This document shows positions 39,101 to 54,503 of a stretch of 64,000 bases of DNA, in pieces. The position numbers and the translations under genes are program-made. How positions within the stretch are numbered: the first letter of the stretch is position 1; each line of letters starts with the position of its first letter. The DNA is from Balamuthia mandrillaris (lineage: Eukaryota): contig JAVKOQ020000024.1 in NCBI GenBank assembly GCA_031835245.2, forward strand, positions 248,001-312,000, written 5' to 3'. The notes beneath the pieces were generated by a model, which was given only the letters and a program-made list of their open reading frames with translations, was not told the origin of the DNA and did no database searches.

Positions 39101-39932
39101 GGCTGGGGATCTGTGAAGGGTCGATAGCGCCAGAGCTTCCAGGTGGCCCACCAGCACCAGAAGGACCGCCTCTACCAGAGATACCAAGGTTGGAGAATTG
39201 TTGGGCTAGCGGGCCTCCAGCGTAGGAAGAAGCCTGTTGCGGGTAACCGTAGGGGGAGGAGGCGGCCGAGCTACTGCCTCCCATCCATTGCGGCTGAGAG
39301 GCTGGTGTGAAAGTGGGAGGCCCTTGTTGAAAGTTGTGCTGAGAAGTCGGTGGGCTAAACATTTGCTGCTGCGTTTGTTGTTGTGGGGGCTGTTGGCCCA
39401 TAAACGGAGGAGGACCAGCTGGCGAAAACGTTTGGGATGGCTGCGGAGGATAATGCTGTTGTGGCTGTGGTTGCTGCTGATACTGCTGCGGTGAGTACTG
39501 TTGCTGTTGCGGCGGTGGTGACGAATACTGTTGTTGCTGTTGGAACTGAGGAGGTTGAGAGGAGGTTGGTGGTCCCATCGTTGAAGAGTATTGCTGTTGG
39601 TGAGAAGAAACAGCCGCAGCCGGAGAGAATAGAGAAGCAGTTGCAGGCTGGGCAGGAGTGAAGCCACCACCATGAGAGCCTGTTGTTGGTGGGCCTGCTG
39701 GTGGTTGATGTTGTTGGTAGCCACTCGTCGTCGTTGTTGCAGAGAGGCCATTGCTCAGCGGAGGAGGCCCCATCCTACTGGCTTGGGAGGGGGCCGCAGG
39801 GTTGAAGAAAGTCGAGGGGGTGGTTGGGGTGGCCCCAATCTGAGGAGGCAGCACAACACCTCCATAGGCCAACCCTTGCTGCTGTTGCTGTTGCTGGCCT
39901 TGCATATGTTGTTGAGTGTTAAAGGGATACAT
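36101..39932 (-). CDS. SEC24: COPII coat subunit Sec24 (SEC24C/D-like)
   Basis: P/Q-rich N-terminus; DEGNCSPRFMR; zinc finger RCNRCKGYINPF..CSLC; RPELSKGSVEF; vWA motifs; GFEAVMRIRCS; ERRIRVHN; LILPESLKLLP; SYADFLCHLH. The last exon (stop at 36101 or 36172) is uncertain. Confidence 0.95.
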
Positions 39933-40448
39933 TTTTTGCTTTTTTGGCTTCTTGCTGGTGTGCTCTTGCTTCTTTTTTGTTGTTTTCGTATCACAAAATT
40001 CGGTGCTCGCTGCCTGCTCAAGTTTTTTTTTTGTTGCTAAAGAAAAAGAAAAAGAAAAGAAAAGAAAAGCAGTGCTAACTAGTGAGAAAAGAGTGACAAG
40101 TGCTTTCAGCCAACACCACTCACACACAGGTGACTGAGAAGTAGTAGTAGTGCGTGCGTGCGCTCTCTCCCCCCTTTTTTTATATTTTGCTCTGTTTTTA
40201 CCAACAAGGGCAGCCCTTCCCTTCCCTTCCCCTCTCTCTCTGTTTGGCTTTTTTGTTTACGCGACAAACCACCGAAATGCCCCTTTTTTGGTTTCTGTTT
40301 TTTTTGCACCTCGACACGTCAGCGACTCCCCTGTGACGTGGCTGCCCTCTCTCTCTCTCTCACTCTCTCTCTCTCGTTTACCCTCGCTTTCGATGTAATA
40401 GGTTTTGCTTTGTTCTTTTTTGCTTTTTTATTTTCTTTTGTTGAAAGG

Positions 40449-42586
<2,138 letters not shown>

Positions 42587-42899
42587 GGGCGAACGTGGTA
42601 TTCCGCGAGTAGCAGCAGCCTACTTGCCCGAAGAAAAAAAAAAAAGGAGTGACGTAGAAGGAAAGTAAAAAAGAAGGCAACCCTGAAACAAGGACCCCCC
42701 GTTGTTGAAGAAAAAACCACCCGAGCCGCAACCAGTCTACCAAGCCCTGCCCCCCCCCTTCTTTCTTCTTTTCTTTTCTAAATTGCCTTAAAAAGTAAAT
42801 TCCCGGTGATTTTCGTGTCGACGTGGAACCATTATTCACCGTCGACCCGAGAATTGCTTTTGCTTGGCGGAGGAAGGGGGGGACAACAAAGAAACAAAG

Positions 42900-44174
42900 T
42901 TATTTTTTCTTGCTTTTGACTTGAAGAAAGAGGTGAACTTTGGTGTTGAAAATCTCTTGCAGCTCCAACTTTGCCCGCAAGTAGATTCGCTTGATGGCAT
43001 TCCCCGCCTTCCCCACCATCAATTTCTGATGCAGGATGAGCATCATCGAAAGTAAAATGAAAGACGGAGGAGGAAATCAAAGTAAGAAACGACGACAGAA
43101 ACAAGGGTTGATAGGGATGGTAACCTTTTGGTTAGGCCTTGGCACAATGATGTTCTGATGGATGATCAATTCACCCTTTGAGTTGGTCCGCCAGCCCACG
43201 TTTTCTTGCTCTACCAAATAGGGCACCTCTGCGTTAGTCCTGTTGTATATCTTCTCGCGAATAACTTCTGTGACTCGCTCCACGTCGCTCATGTTTGTTT
43301 TCTGAATGATCATAATGATAACATTACGTTAATAACAACACTTATAAGAGATAAAGAGAGGCTGATTAAGCGGAGTACCCAATCTTTAGGATACGTCCAG
43401 TCTCGAGGAGATGCCTTCGAAACAAGAAAACTCTATAAATTGTTTGAAAAAATGATAAGTATCTTTAAACGAATACGAAGTGTCATGGTAAAATGGAACG
43501 ACACTTACCTTTAGTGTGTCTACTCCGACTCCCTTCAATGCACTGATCCGAAAGACGCGTTCGAACAACTGTTGATCATTGAGCGGTTTGGTTAACACAG
43601 CAACTCGCTCTTTGAGCAAGTTTGCGTTTGACAATAAGTCCATCTGCAAACAAAAAAGTGTTAATCGCTTTTCTCTCATTCGCTCACGGATAGTATACCT
43701 TGTTCAATACAAGAACTATTTCCTTGGATTTAAAGTTTTGCCGCGATGCAGCCAATTTGTTTAGAATAAATAATGCTGCAGAGTCCACTTGGCGAGCTAT
43801 GTCAACAAGCACCAACACTATGGTAATGGTGAAACGCATCAACGAAAGTTTCGGTGTAACAATGCAGCCAGAATGAGAGCGTACATACCCACATCGGCCT
43901 TTTCAGCGACATCCCATCCCGTGGTTGTGATGGAACGTCCGTATCTACGTTGAGTGTTTTTATTTGAGAATCAGTAACTCTAGTCCTCCAGGGAGAGAGA
44001 GAAGAGAGACCTTTTGGAAAGGTTTGGGCTAACAACGCCAGGCGTATCCAAAAATACAAGCTGTGTATTGTCCACTGTGGTGATGCCCAATGTCCTTTGT
44101 CGCGTGGTTTGCGCCTTTCTGCACACTGGCGATACCTGCTCATGACAATACAATGGAGCGACCAAAAGAAGTGA

Positions 44175-44219
<45 letters not shown>

Positions 44220-45010
44220 CCCCAAACCTTTTCACCAACAATAGCATTGACTAAGGTGGATTTGCCGGCATTAGGCGGGCCAAGAAGGGCGATCTCACAG
44301 AGGCGCGGTTCAGCCGGCTGTTCAAAGAAGAGGGGAACCTCCTTGAGTTGTGCTTCAAGAGGAGGCGGCGGTCCTGTGGTCATCACGAGTCTTCGTCTTG
44401 GAGGGAGGGTTCCCTGCTTGGGAGAAGAAGATGCCGTTTGAACAGGAGGAGGTTGTCCGTCTGCTGTTGTTGTTGGCGCTGGGGCTTGGCCCTCCTCAAC
44501 GGCGTTGTTGGTGGACTTGTCTCCTCCTTCTCCTTTGTGCTTTGCTTCAGCTTGTGGTGTGTTGTGGCCTCGGTCACGAAGGTACAGCGGCAGTTCGGAC
44601 TGGAAGGAGGGAGCGGGAGGCCCCTGCCGCTCCGCCAGCAAGGGATGGGGCGGTGAGGAGATCTCCGCTTTTCCTTGGGAGGCCCCTCCCTTCTTCTTGT
44701 AGCGGGACATGATGGCGTAGCCACGAAAAGAGGGTCTTGTTGTTATCACCATCACTGTGCCCCTGTCGTTGCAGCTGCTGCCGGTGAGAGAAGCGGAGGG
44801 TGGAACGGTGCTTCTTGTGAAGAAAAGCAGAGGATGTGGTTGGCAGAGGTGGTTGTGGGGGGAGGCGAGCGGCCGAGAGGTGCTGGTTGCTGCTTGTCTT
44901 ACGCCACCAAAGACTGCCGCAGAGCCTCCTGCGTAGGAAGGCCGAGAGGGCAGCAGCCGCTGCCACACCATTTGCGAGCACTGCCGGGTGCTGCCCTTCC
45001 TGCTTGCCAT
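42900..45010 (-). CDS. ERAL1: Mitochondrial Era-like GTPase
   Basis: Long presequence-like N-terminus; G1 GPPNAGKSTLVN; AQTTR; G3 DTPG; G4 NK|MD; ISALKG; KH domain EVIREKI..EVPY..GKAGNAIK..VHLFLQVK. Confidence 0.9.
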
Positions 45011-45364
45011 CGTATTCCACGCCGCTGCTGCTGCTGCTGCTGCTGCTACTCTTTTTCTTTTTTTCTTTTTCATTTTTCTTTTTTTTCTTTTTTTTTTCTT
45101 TTGTTTCTTACATCATTCCCCACCCAACGAGGGCTAGAGAGAGACGCTGCTGGGAGGAGAAAGAAGCGGCAAGGCCTCAACAAAGCCTGTAAGCCACAGC
45201 AACAACTTGGAAGAAGGTACGGAAGCACCATCTACAACAGGTGTTTTTTTTTTTCGAAAGAAACAAAAACAAGGCACAAAAAAAAAAAGAATGTGGCTGC
45301 AGAGGGGAGAGGGCAGGGGAAGAGAGGGAAGAGAAGTGCATACAAAGAAGGGAGGGAAACCAAA

Positions 45365-48234
45365 TCAAACCAAAGCAGCCACTTGCTTAAGGACGTCTTC
45401 CGTGGTGGCGGCCGCATTGCCCACACGCTTGGCCACGCTGCACCACACTCGCCCGTGATGCGGGTCAGCGTCCCTGCACCGCTTCAGCACCTGTTCGTGC
45501 CGCTTCTCCGCCTTGCCGTACTGCAGCTCAAACTTGTAATAGGCGGCCCAGGCATCCCCTAGGTCGGGGTTGAGCTTGACGGCCCGGTCGAACCAGTTGC
45601 GCGCCTTTTCCACTTTGCGATCCTGCCAAAAGATGCGGGCCACCGCCACGATAACGTGCGGGTCGTTGTCACAGCGCTTTAGCGCGTCCACGCTCTTGCT
45701 CTTCTGCTTGGGGCGGGGCTCCATGGCAATGGCCTTGGCCCACAGCATGCCCGAGGTGGGGCATTCCTGAAGGGCCTTGGCCAGCAAGTTCTCCGCGATC
45801 TTCTTGTTGTTGGCTCGTTCTTCCGCCTCGATGGCGGCCAGCCATAGGTCCGGCGTCTTGGGATTCTTCAGCCTGGCCTTCTCTAACAGGGAGCGAGCCT
45901 TGGCTGTAGATATCTTCTCCTCCAGCTGGGCAGCACATAGCCACAGAGGGATGCTATGAGGACAGTTCAGCAGTCCGCGTTGGTAAAACGCTCTGCCTTT
46001 CTCCCAGAGAGGGGTGGGATTTGCGCCATTCTCCTCCGCCCGTTGTTCCTCCAGCTGACCTCTCATCATCCACAGCTTATCGAATTGAGGGTATCTCTTC
46101 AGAGCCTCATCCAAGAGCTTTTCTGCCTCGTCTAAGTTACCGATTTCTCTTTCTAGCGCAGCGGACTTCATCCACACTCGCTCCGTGCCCGCTCTGTCCC
46201 TGGCCCTGCTCAACAGATCTCTCGCTCTGTCCTGTTCTTTGTTGGCGCTCTCCAGCTTAACGGCAGCCAGCCAGATCTGCTCGCTGTCGGGATTGGCCCT
46301 AAAGGCTTCAGCCAGCACCGCACGCGCTCCATCCACATCGCCAGTCAACCACTTCTCCTTGGCAGCCATGAGCCATAGGATCTCGGCACGAGGGCAGTAG
46401 GCCACTGCTTTCTTCAGCAATTGGTCCAGCGACTCAGCAGTTCCGTGGTTCTTCTCCAAGTAGGCTTCTCTGAGCCAGATGGACTTCTTTCCGGGGTAAA
46501 CGGTGAGAGCATGGGCGTAGATTGCTCTGGCCGTCTGAACTGACCCGTGAGCCAGACAACTTTCAGCATCTTCCATCCATACGTCCTTGCGATCGACGTC
46601 TTCCACACCAATACCAATGGTTTCTCGCACGATAGCCTGACAAGTGGCAGGAAAGCCGCTGTGCTCCGCGTTTTCCGCTTCCTTGATCCACTGCTCCCGA
46701 TCGATGACTACCTGATGAGCGGAAAGAGACTTGACAGCTCGTTTGATGATGTTGTTTACTCCATCTTCGTTGCCGTTGGCTTCCTCCAGCTTGGCAGCAG
46801 TAATCCAAATGCGAGGATCTGTAGGGATCGTCTCTCGTGCTTTGTTAAGAACTCTCCTGGCGTTCTCGTAGGTTTCTAACTTGGCTAACGCCAACCACAT
46901 GGTGACACTGTGAGGAACGCATTCCACTGCCCTAGACAACATGATGCGAGCGTCATCGGGATGCTCCAGCTCCACCGCCGCCTTCCACAACTTCACGCTA
47001 TTGGGAATGAACTCCAAGGCCTTGCGCAGCACGCGACGTTTGGCCTTAACGTCCTTTTCCAGATGAGCAGCCTGCAGCCATAGCTTCACAGAGTGAGGCA
47101 CGTGGCGAACGGCAGTGGCCAGAATGGCCTTAGCGTCGCTGGGCGTGTGCAAGCTGGCAGCCTCCAACCAAACATCTACGTTTTCTGGGCAGGCCGTGCA
47201 TCCCTTCTTGATCATCTTTCTGGCAGCCGCCAACTTGCCTGCCATCTTCTCGAGACGAGCAGCAGCAATCCAGCCAGGAGCATGCTTGGGATTGGTCGTG
47301 ATTACCGACTTGAGAAGGAGACGTGCCTTCTGTAAGTCGCCAATGTCCACATCCGCACCTGGCCCCAACGTGACACTGTTAAGGTCGGTGAGATAGCCTT
47401 TAGGGTCCACTACCGTCTGCCCAGACACAGAGTCCGAGACCTGATGCAGCTTCAAGTCTAGAACGGTCTTCCTAGCCGCTCCAATCTCGTGTAGGTCGGC
47501 TACCGTGGTGGAGCCATCAAGAGGTGTCTGGAAGCCCAGCGTGGGCATGGTGTTGGTGCTCCGCTCCTTGCTTGCCGTGTCCAGGACGATAGAGTCAGGG
47601 ACAGGCACGTACCGCTCCGGCCTAGCACGCTTGCCTCTGTGGCTGAGGTTGCCAACCTCGGGGAGGTTCTCCCACTCCTCTGCAGACACTTTGGATAGCT
47701 CTTTCTTGATGTCAGCAAAAGACTGTTGTATTTTGGGTCGGGTGGCACGGTACTTTTCCCTCTCGCTTTGTTCTCTGAGCTCTCTGCGCCGCCGCCGGCG
47801 AGAGTCCATGCGCTCATCCACCGAGTCATAGATCTCATCGGCCTCTTTGTCATCCTGCTCATAGGGGTCGCTCGCTCGGAAGATGCTGTGGCTGTAGCCG
47901 CCGAATTCATCAAAGTTGGAGTCTGAGTAGTCGTACCTGTCCTCCTTTTCCTCCACGTCCATCGGTTTGGCTGCCGCCACCGCCGCCGCTGCGGCTCCTG
48001 ACACCTCCTCTGGAGTCATACGAGCTGGACCGATGTCGGACCGTGTCGTGAAGCCAGTGGCTCTGCGTTGTGAGAAGAAGGGGAGAACAATGATGAACAT
48101 CAGTGCGAAGATTGAAAAAAACCCCAACAAGAGGGATTTTGTTTAAAAAAAAAACGAAGAGGAGGTACATACCCTCGTCCCAAGCCTGCTACATAGTTGG
48201 CAGGGGCTGGCGTTTCTACGAATCGTTTGGACAT
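45365..48234 (-). CDS. PRPF6: Pre-mRNA splicing factor PRP6 (U5-102K), 2 exons
   Basis: APANYVAGLGRG|ATGFTTRSDIGPAR, DSVSGQTVVDPKGYLTDL, NPKHAPGWIAAARLE, then HAT/TPR repeats. Confidence 0.98.
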
Positions 48235-48686
48235 GGTGCTCCTCCTTGTGTGCTTGCTTCCTCCTTGCCTCCCCTATGAGCCTAGTCCCACTTGAGCTCT
48301 TCCCTCTGCCTTGCTGCTGCTCTTCTCTTCTTTATTCTTCCGGCTTGTGTCGTCATGAGGGAAATGTTCGGCATTTTTGCTTGAGGAGGCAGAGACAAAT
48401 AAAGAGCCGCAGTTCGTGTCGTCATGAATTTAAGAGAAGTCCACAGCGAAATCTCCAAAGAAAAAAAAAATAGGAGAGGGGAAGGGGCAAAAGGAGAAGA
48501 GAGAAAGGGTCAGAAAGACGAAAGAAAGAAGTAGAGCCGCTCGCTTCCTTTTCGTTTCTTCTTCAAACTAAGTAGCCTACTGCTGCTGTTTCAGCTGCTT
48601 TAAGAATTACAGCATCTGTCACAAAGGGTGGATTGGTTTATCCAATTTGTTTTTCGTCTCAACCATAACACAACCATTTAAAAAAA

Positions 48687-49172
48687 ATGTCGTTTGACGA
48701 CATAGAGAGAGGAAGGAGGGCGCCTGCCTGGGGCGCAAGCTACCAAGCTGGTGGTGGTGGCGGCGATGGCTTTGGAGGATTTGGTGGGGTAGGAACCACA
48801 GGTGCCTCCAACTACACGGGGCTGCGGGCTGGTGGAGCCGACCCCTACACCATCAGCAACAGCTCCGCCTCTGGCAGGAGCGGAGAGTTTGAACGCCTCA
48901 GCGACGCCATCTTCAACAATGTAAAACAGATCAACTTCAACGTGACGCAGATCACCCGCATGGTGGACGACATTGGCTCCGCTCGAGACAGCCAGGACCT
49001 CAGGCACAGACTGAGGGACATCATCGAGGCCACCAGAAAAACGGCCCTCGACACAAACGCTGAGTTTAAGGACATGGCTCGTTTACCTGGTATCAACTCT
49101 GGAGTACGTGCCTCTCCTCTTCTGATTTCCCCCATTTTTTCTTCATTATTTGTTCTCTCTCCCTCCCTCCCT

Positions 49173-49214
<42 letters not shown>

Positions 49215-50194
49215 TCGTGGCTTACTCTCAAAATAAACAAATAGGAATATAAGCGCAAACAAACCAAGTTGAAGACGGACTTCCAGACCTCCCTGGAACA
49301 CTTTCAGAAAATAAGCAAGCTGGCCAGCTCCAAGTCTTCTTCCACGGCACCACCCAAAGCTCCTTCTTTTTCTCCTGCTCAAAAAGGCAGACCTGCTCCG
49401 TACGTTCTGTTTTCCTTTTGTCTTTTCTTTTCTTTTCTTTTCTTTCTTTTCTTTTCTTTTCTTTTCTTTTCTTTTCTTTTCTTTTCTTTTCTTTCTTTTC
49501 TTTTCTTTTCTTTTCTTTTCTTCTTTTCTTTTCTTTTCTTTCTTTTCTTTTCTTTTCTTTTCTTTTCTTTTCTTTTCTTTTCTTTTCTTTTCTTTTCTTT
49601 TCTTTTCTTTTCTTTTCTTTTCTTTTCTTTTCTTTTCTTTTCTTGCCATGTTTTTGATGATTGTGAAGTTCTGTTTCAAGGATAAGAGCGTTAACCACTC
49701 CCATTTTTTAATATATTTTAAAACAAAGTGCGTTTGAATATGATGAAGAGGATGATCAGCAGAGTATGATTGAGGCACAAAGAAGACAGCAAATCCTACA
49801 ACTTGAAAATGACAGAGATTTTCAAAACGCATTGATAGAGGAGAGAGAGCAAGGCATACGAGAAATAGAATCCACCATCCAGGAAGTGAACGAAATATTT
49901 ATCGATCTCGCCAACCTTGTAAATGAACAAGCTCCAATGATTGGTTTGTATCTCTGGTCTTTTGCATACAGCACGTTTCCGTTGTGATAACAAGAGCTTA
50001 TAACGTTGTTCTCTTGTAGATAACATTGAAAGTCACATCGATTCCTCAGTTTCTTCGACATCAAGGGGCGTCGTGGAGCTTCGCAAAGCTGCCGCTTATC
50101 AGCGTTCTGCCCGAACCAAGCTATGCTTCCTTATTTTGCTAATTTTAGCAATAGTTGTTGCCGTTGTTGTTGTTTTGGTACACACGCTCTCTCG

Positions 50195-50239
<45 letters not shown>

Positions 50240-50332
50240 CCTCCCTCCCTCTCCTACCTAAAAGTATACTTTTCTCTTTGTACTTATCCATGTCTGTGTT
50301 TTTACCAGTTGCTGGCGCTTAAGCTCAAGTAG
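48687..50332 (+). CDS. Syntaxin-7/Pep12/Vam3-like Qa-SNARE
   Basis: Habc region (IGSARDSQDLR); SNARE motif IEEREQGIREIESTIQEVNEIFIDLANLVNEQ..IDNIE; C-terminal transmembrane segment. Confidence 0.9.
49421..49643. repeat. (TTTTC)n microsatellite in a syntaxin intron
   Basis: Read directly. Confidence 0.95.
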
Positions 50333-50541
50333 AATGATTGATCTTTAGAGATGAGTTTGCACTAGCGTTAGTTAGAAAGAATAAAGCTGATAAGGCAATG
50401 TTGGTGTTTCAGACGTAAGTTGTCAAGTTGCCGCTAAAGAAAGGATGAAGCTAGACAAGCGAAAGTGAGGAGAGCGTGACAGGAAAAGAACAACACAAAA
50501 TAAGTCGCAGAGGAAGCTTTATTCGCTTAATGAGAGCTTGT

Positions 50542-51099
50542 TCAGCTCATGAACGCTTCATACCGGATAAGGCGAGAGTTGGTATCACCAGGCATCCTGT
50601 TGTGAAAAGGGATTTTCATAATGAGGGAGCTATTCTTTCAAAGAAAACGTGGAAAGAAAGAGAAAAGGTACCTGTATTGAATCCTTCCTGCAAAGGTGAC
50701 GAGAGCTCTTGCCTTATCCCGCAGTGATTGCATTTCCTGTCAGCAAAGATACGTTAGCCAATCGCGGCTACGTTACACCCATGTGGTAGGAAGGCGTACC
50801 TGTTCCCTTCCGCCGTCCAAAGGCTGGGCGAAGCCTGTGCTCACAGCTGACTTTTTCATAGCGGTATACGTTTTATAGAGGATGGTCATCGCTGCAAGTA
50901 GAATGTCTGCAAAGTTCCTGCGAATAGCCTCGTCAATGTATCTGAACCTCTCCACTTTGTCTGTCATCTCTGACATATCAAATGGAATAATATCCATACT
51001 CATCAATATCTGCATCGGTAGACAAAGGATTAATACTCGAATTCCAACATAAAAGAATCAACCAAGCAGTAGCAGAGAGAGAGAGAGAGAGAGAAAGAA

Positions 51100-51142
<43 letters not shown>

Positions 51143-53968
51143 GGAAACGAAGAAGAAGAAGGGGGAGGGAAGAGAAAGAAAAGGGAGGAAAGAGAGCGAA
51201 AAGAGCAGACAAAAACCTCAAGAGCTTGCTCTCGGTGGCCAGCATTCAAATAATCGAAAAAGTCAAGAAGCGAAAGCAAAAGACCAAAGGTATTCCATAG
51301 TAGGTGGTCGTGGATTTTGGCTTGAAGCTGTTGACTGTCATAAACTTTGTAAATGGATTCGGCCAACCTCGATAGTCTTTGTCGCTCCGCGCTTTGTGAG
51401 GTGAGGACTTGTGAGAGAAGGCTGTTTATGATAGAGAGTACTTTGTCGTAGTTCTGAGAAAGGTGGTAAAGGTTGATAGCATCTTCATGATTGCCGTTGG
51501 CTTCGGAATCTCTGGCAGCAAGCTCCAGTATCTGTGATACTTTTTTTTCGTCTTGAATGAATTTTTGAATGTAGCCTTCTTTTTGCTTCAATCTTAATGC
51601 TGTGGCAGTGGATCAAAGGTCAGTAAATTATCGCCTTTAGGTGGCTGCAACACAGAGAGTGATTGAATGGAAGATAAATGGGAACATACTGTTTTGTTGG
51701 GAAAGAGGTGCACCAAGAAGAACCTCGAACTCGCGCGTTTCCAAGACAAGATCCTTGATACAACGGTGGCGAATGGCTTCATCGCTGATGAGGAGATAAT
51801 ATTCCAACGCAATTACTGGATCGGTTAGGCAGAAGGAACGCACATACTGCCGCAGCAGGCGCACGAAATTTATAAGACAACGGCCGCCCTGGTCCTCCAC
51901 AAAAACTAATGTATACCAAGAGTATTAATACCAGATATCATATTACTGCAAACTTCGGGTTGAATGTAAAAACGGAGCTACGTACAGGTTTCGTCTGCAG
52001 CAGGAACTTGATTCAAAACACCAAAGTGATGCAACGCAATGGCAAAGTGTACAGCCTCAACATGAAACTGTTCCTTTCTGAGATATTGAATAGCCTTTTG
52101 ATGATAAACCATGAATATAGGGACACTTGGAAAAAAGACCAGAAATATGCAAGTGACGGGAGTTGCTTTACCCGCTCGAATTGCTGAGTCATAAGCAAGA
52201 CCTGGAAGTAGAGTAAGGGATCTCTGCCTCTGCTGCTGAAGTGTGCTTCTCCATAGCTGCGCACCAACTCTTGCAACTGACGGAGGGTGCATTCTTGGCC
52301 AGTGCGTCCGCGTCTGGATCCTCCCTGTGGCTCGCCTTGTGGCTCTGTCTCATCGATTAGAGAAAGCTGTAACCATAACCAATCTTGGGTGGTAGAAAAT
52401 ACGGAGGGAAGGGATTTTTGAGGTTTGCATCTTCCTATGATGGTGTAGACAGCACGTTTGTAAACATCAGAGCTTGCCCGCACCACTCTTCTGCACTCGT
52501 TAAGATGTGCTGGATCCAGCACTCTGCAACAAGCAAAACAGTATTAGCTACACGCCTAAGTCTTCAGTAAACAAAGGAAGGAATGTAGAGGAATACCTTT
52601 GGTACTCAATATACTCTTGAAGAAGAGACGGAAAGTCGCCGAGCACGCGTGCAGCAGAGAGAGCAATCTCCAAGGCGCCCTGCAAGTCTCCGCATCTCAA
52701 CGCAAAGTAAACCTGTGGCCAGATAGGGTAGCCATCTACCACCTCCTCCAATTCTTTAGGCCAGTTATGCGGATCTGATCCGAATTGAGCCCTCCAGAAT
52801 GCCCGCACAAAGTTTTGAATGCCGGGCTCTCCTCCTAGTGCTGCCTGACGAGCGTTTCGTCGTATGAACAATGTTGCTATGTGCCTGTACCTTTAAAAAT
52901 AAAAAGCAAATATAATAAAGGTTTCAGCGAGTGGAGAAAAGTCAAGTGCCATTTGAGCGAAAGCCCAGATACGTACTGTTCCTCTAAGAAACTCTTTGCG
53001 CCAGAAATGAATGTCGCAGAGAATTGGGTCGAATCTCGTTGTAAAGCCCTTTGCAACAACTTCCAGCAATCCGCCACCTCCTCTCGCCTCTGCATCAATT
53101 GTTTGGGTGAGCAATTATTTTTTTTCAAAAAAGCAGCAAAACCTCGCGAATTGAGAAAGAGAAGGAGCACGTACAGCATCTGTCTCATCCACAGATAGAG
53201 CAGCTTCCGTGAAGCCAAGCAGCAGGTCATAAGGCTTGCCTGCAATGCGGTGCTCATGAAATAGATGTATGACACGAGCATAGGCCAACATCTTTGCGTC
53301 CATTTTGCCTTTCTTGCCACCAACGCCCACCAAAGCAGGTACCTCTCCCCAACCAACAGGACGAGCAGCCCCTCCCATGTATGCTCCTGCTGTAGAGGTC
53401 GGCGAAGCCATTCGTGGTCGCTCCCCGGCACGGCTGGCCGAGTGCTTGCCCAACGCCTCCAATAGGTCTGGTTTACTGTTCTCCCAATCCCGTTCCATGT
53501 TTCTGACATAGTTCTCTTTAAACCGAGTTATCGTCTTTCACAACAATGTCGTCAGCGGAAGGTAGGGTTGAAGGAATAGGAGTGAGAAAAAAATAAAGTG
53601 GAGCAAGTGCTAACCTCGTTCTTGGCTTCCTGTATGGCCGTCAGAATGATCATGTTGTGCTCGTGCTTGAGGTAACCCTCCACATCTGTTTCACTGAGTG
53701 GCTCCAAAGGGCCAAAAGTGGTCTTGAGGTTGATGGCGTTCAGACTACGGGCCAGCTTCTCGGCGTCGAACCTCTTCTCAGCCAACAGCGACTGACCCAT
53801 ATTTTTGGTAGCAGATTTATCTGCGCCGGAAACCTTGGCCAACAACCTCCGCGAGGTCTCGTTGATTTGTTCCACATTTCTGTGGATGAGATAGTCTTGA
53901 GTGTCCAAATGGGAGGTCAGTTGACGGGATTGCTCCAACAGCGCGGAGAAGTCAGTATGTCGTGACAT
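50542..53968 (-). CDS. NUP93: Nucleoporin Nup93/Nic96
   Basis: DFSALLEQSRQL, LKTTFGPLEPLSETDVEGYLK, GAKSFLEEQY, PIWPQVYFALRCGD, DVYKRAVY, QDWLWLQL, YFQVLLMTQQFE, EAVHFAIAL, FAGRIQYRMPGDTNSRL. Confidence 0.95.
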
Positions 53969-54503
53969 GATGATGGAGGAAGGAGTATCTGTCGTGTAAG
54001 AGGTGCTGTTTGCCCTGCTCCGGCCGTAAGGAGAAAACCGCTGGCCACCACACCACCACCACCAGCACCCTTTTTGCTTTTTTCCTTGCTGCTTTCTCTC
54101 TCTCTTTCCCTCTTTTTTTGTTCCTGATCTGGCGCCAATCTTTGATCTAGATTTGATACAAATCTAATAGAGTAGATTTTTTCACCAACCTATTAGAATA
54201 GAGTAATTCTTGCAATCCCTCCCAACACACCAGCAAGCAAGCCAGCAGCAGGAGACTACAGGGGCAACCTCAACTCACTCACAAAAAACCTCAGAGCACG
54301 TGGAAGAGGATTGTGGTCCAGTGTCAACGCTGTAGAAACTTGTGCTTCCCTCATAAACAGCGGCAGCACAAAAAAAAAAAAAAGCAGAAGAACGACTACA
54401 AGGGTGTTTACTGTAGCAAAGGTGTTTTTTTTGGGGGAAGTAAAAAAGAGTTTTGGATACACTGGAAGAACAACATCAAAGCAGTCAATTCAGAAAGACA
54501 GGC

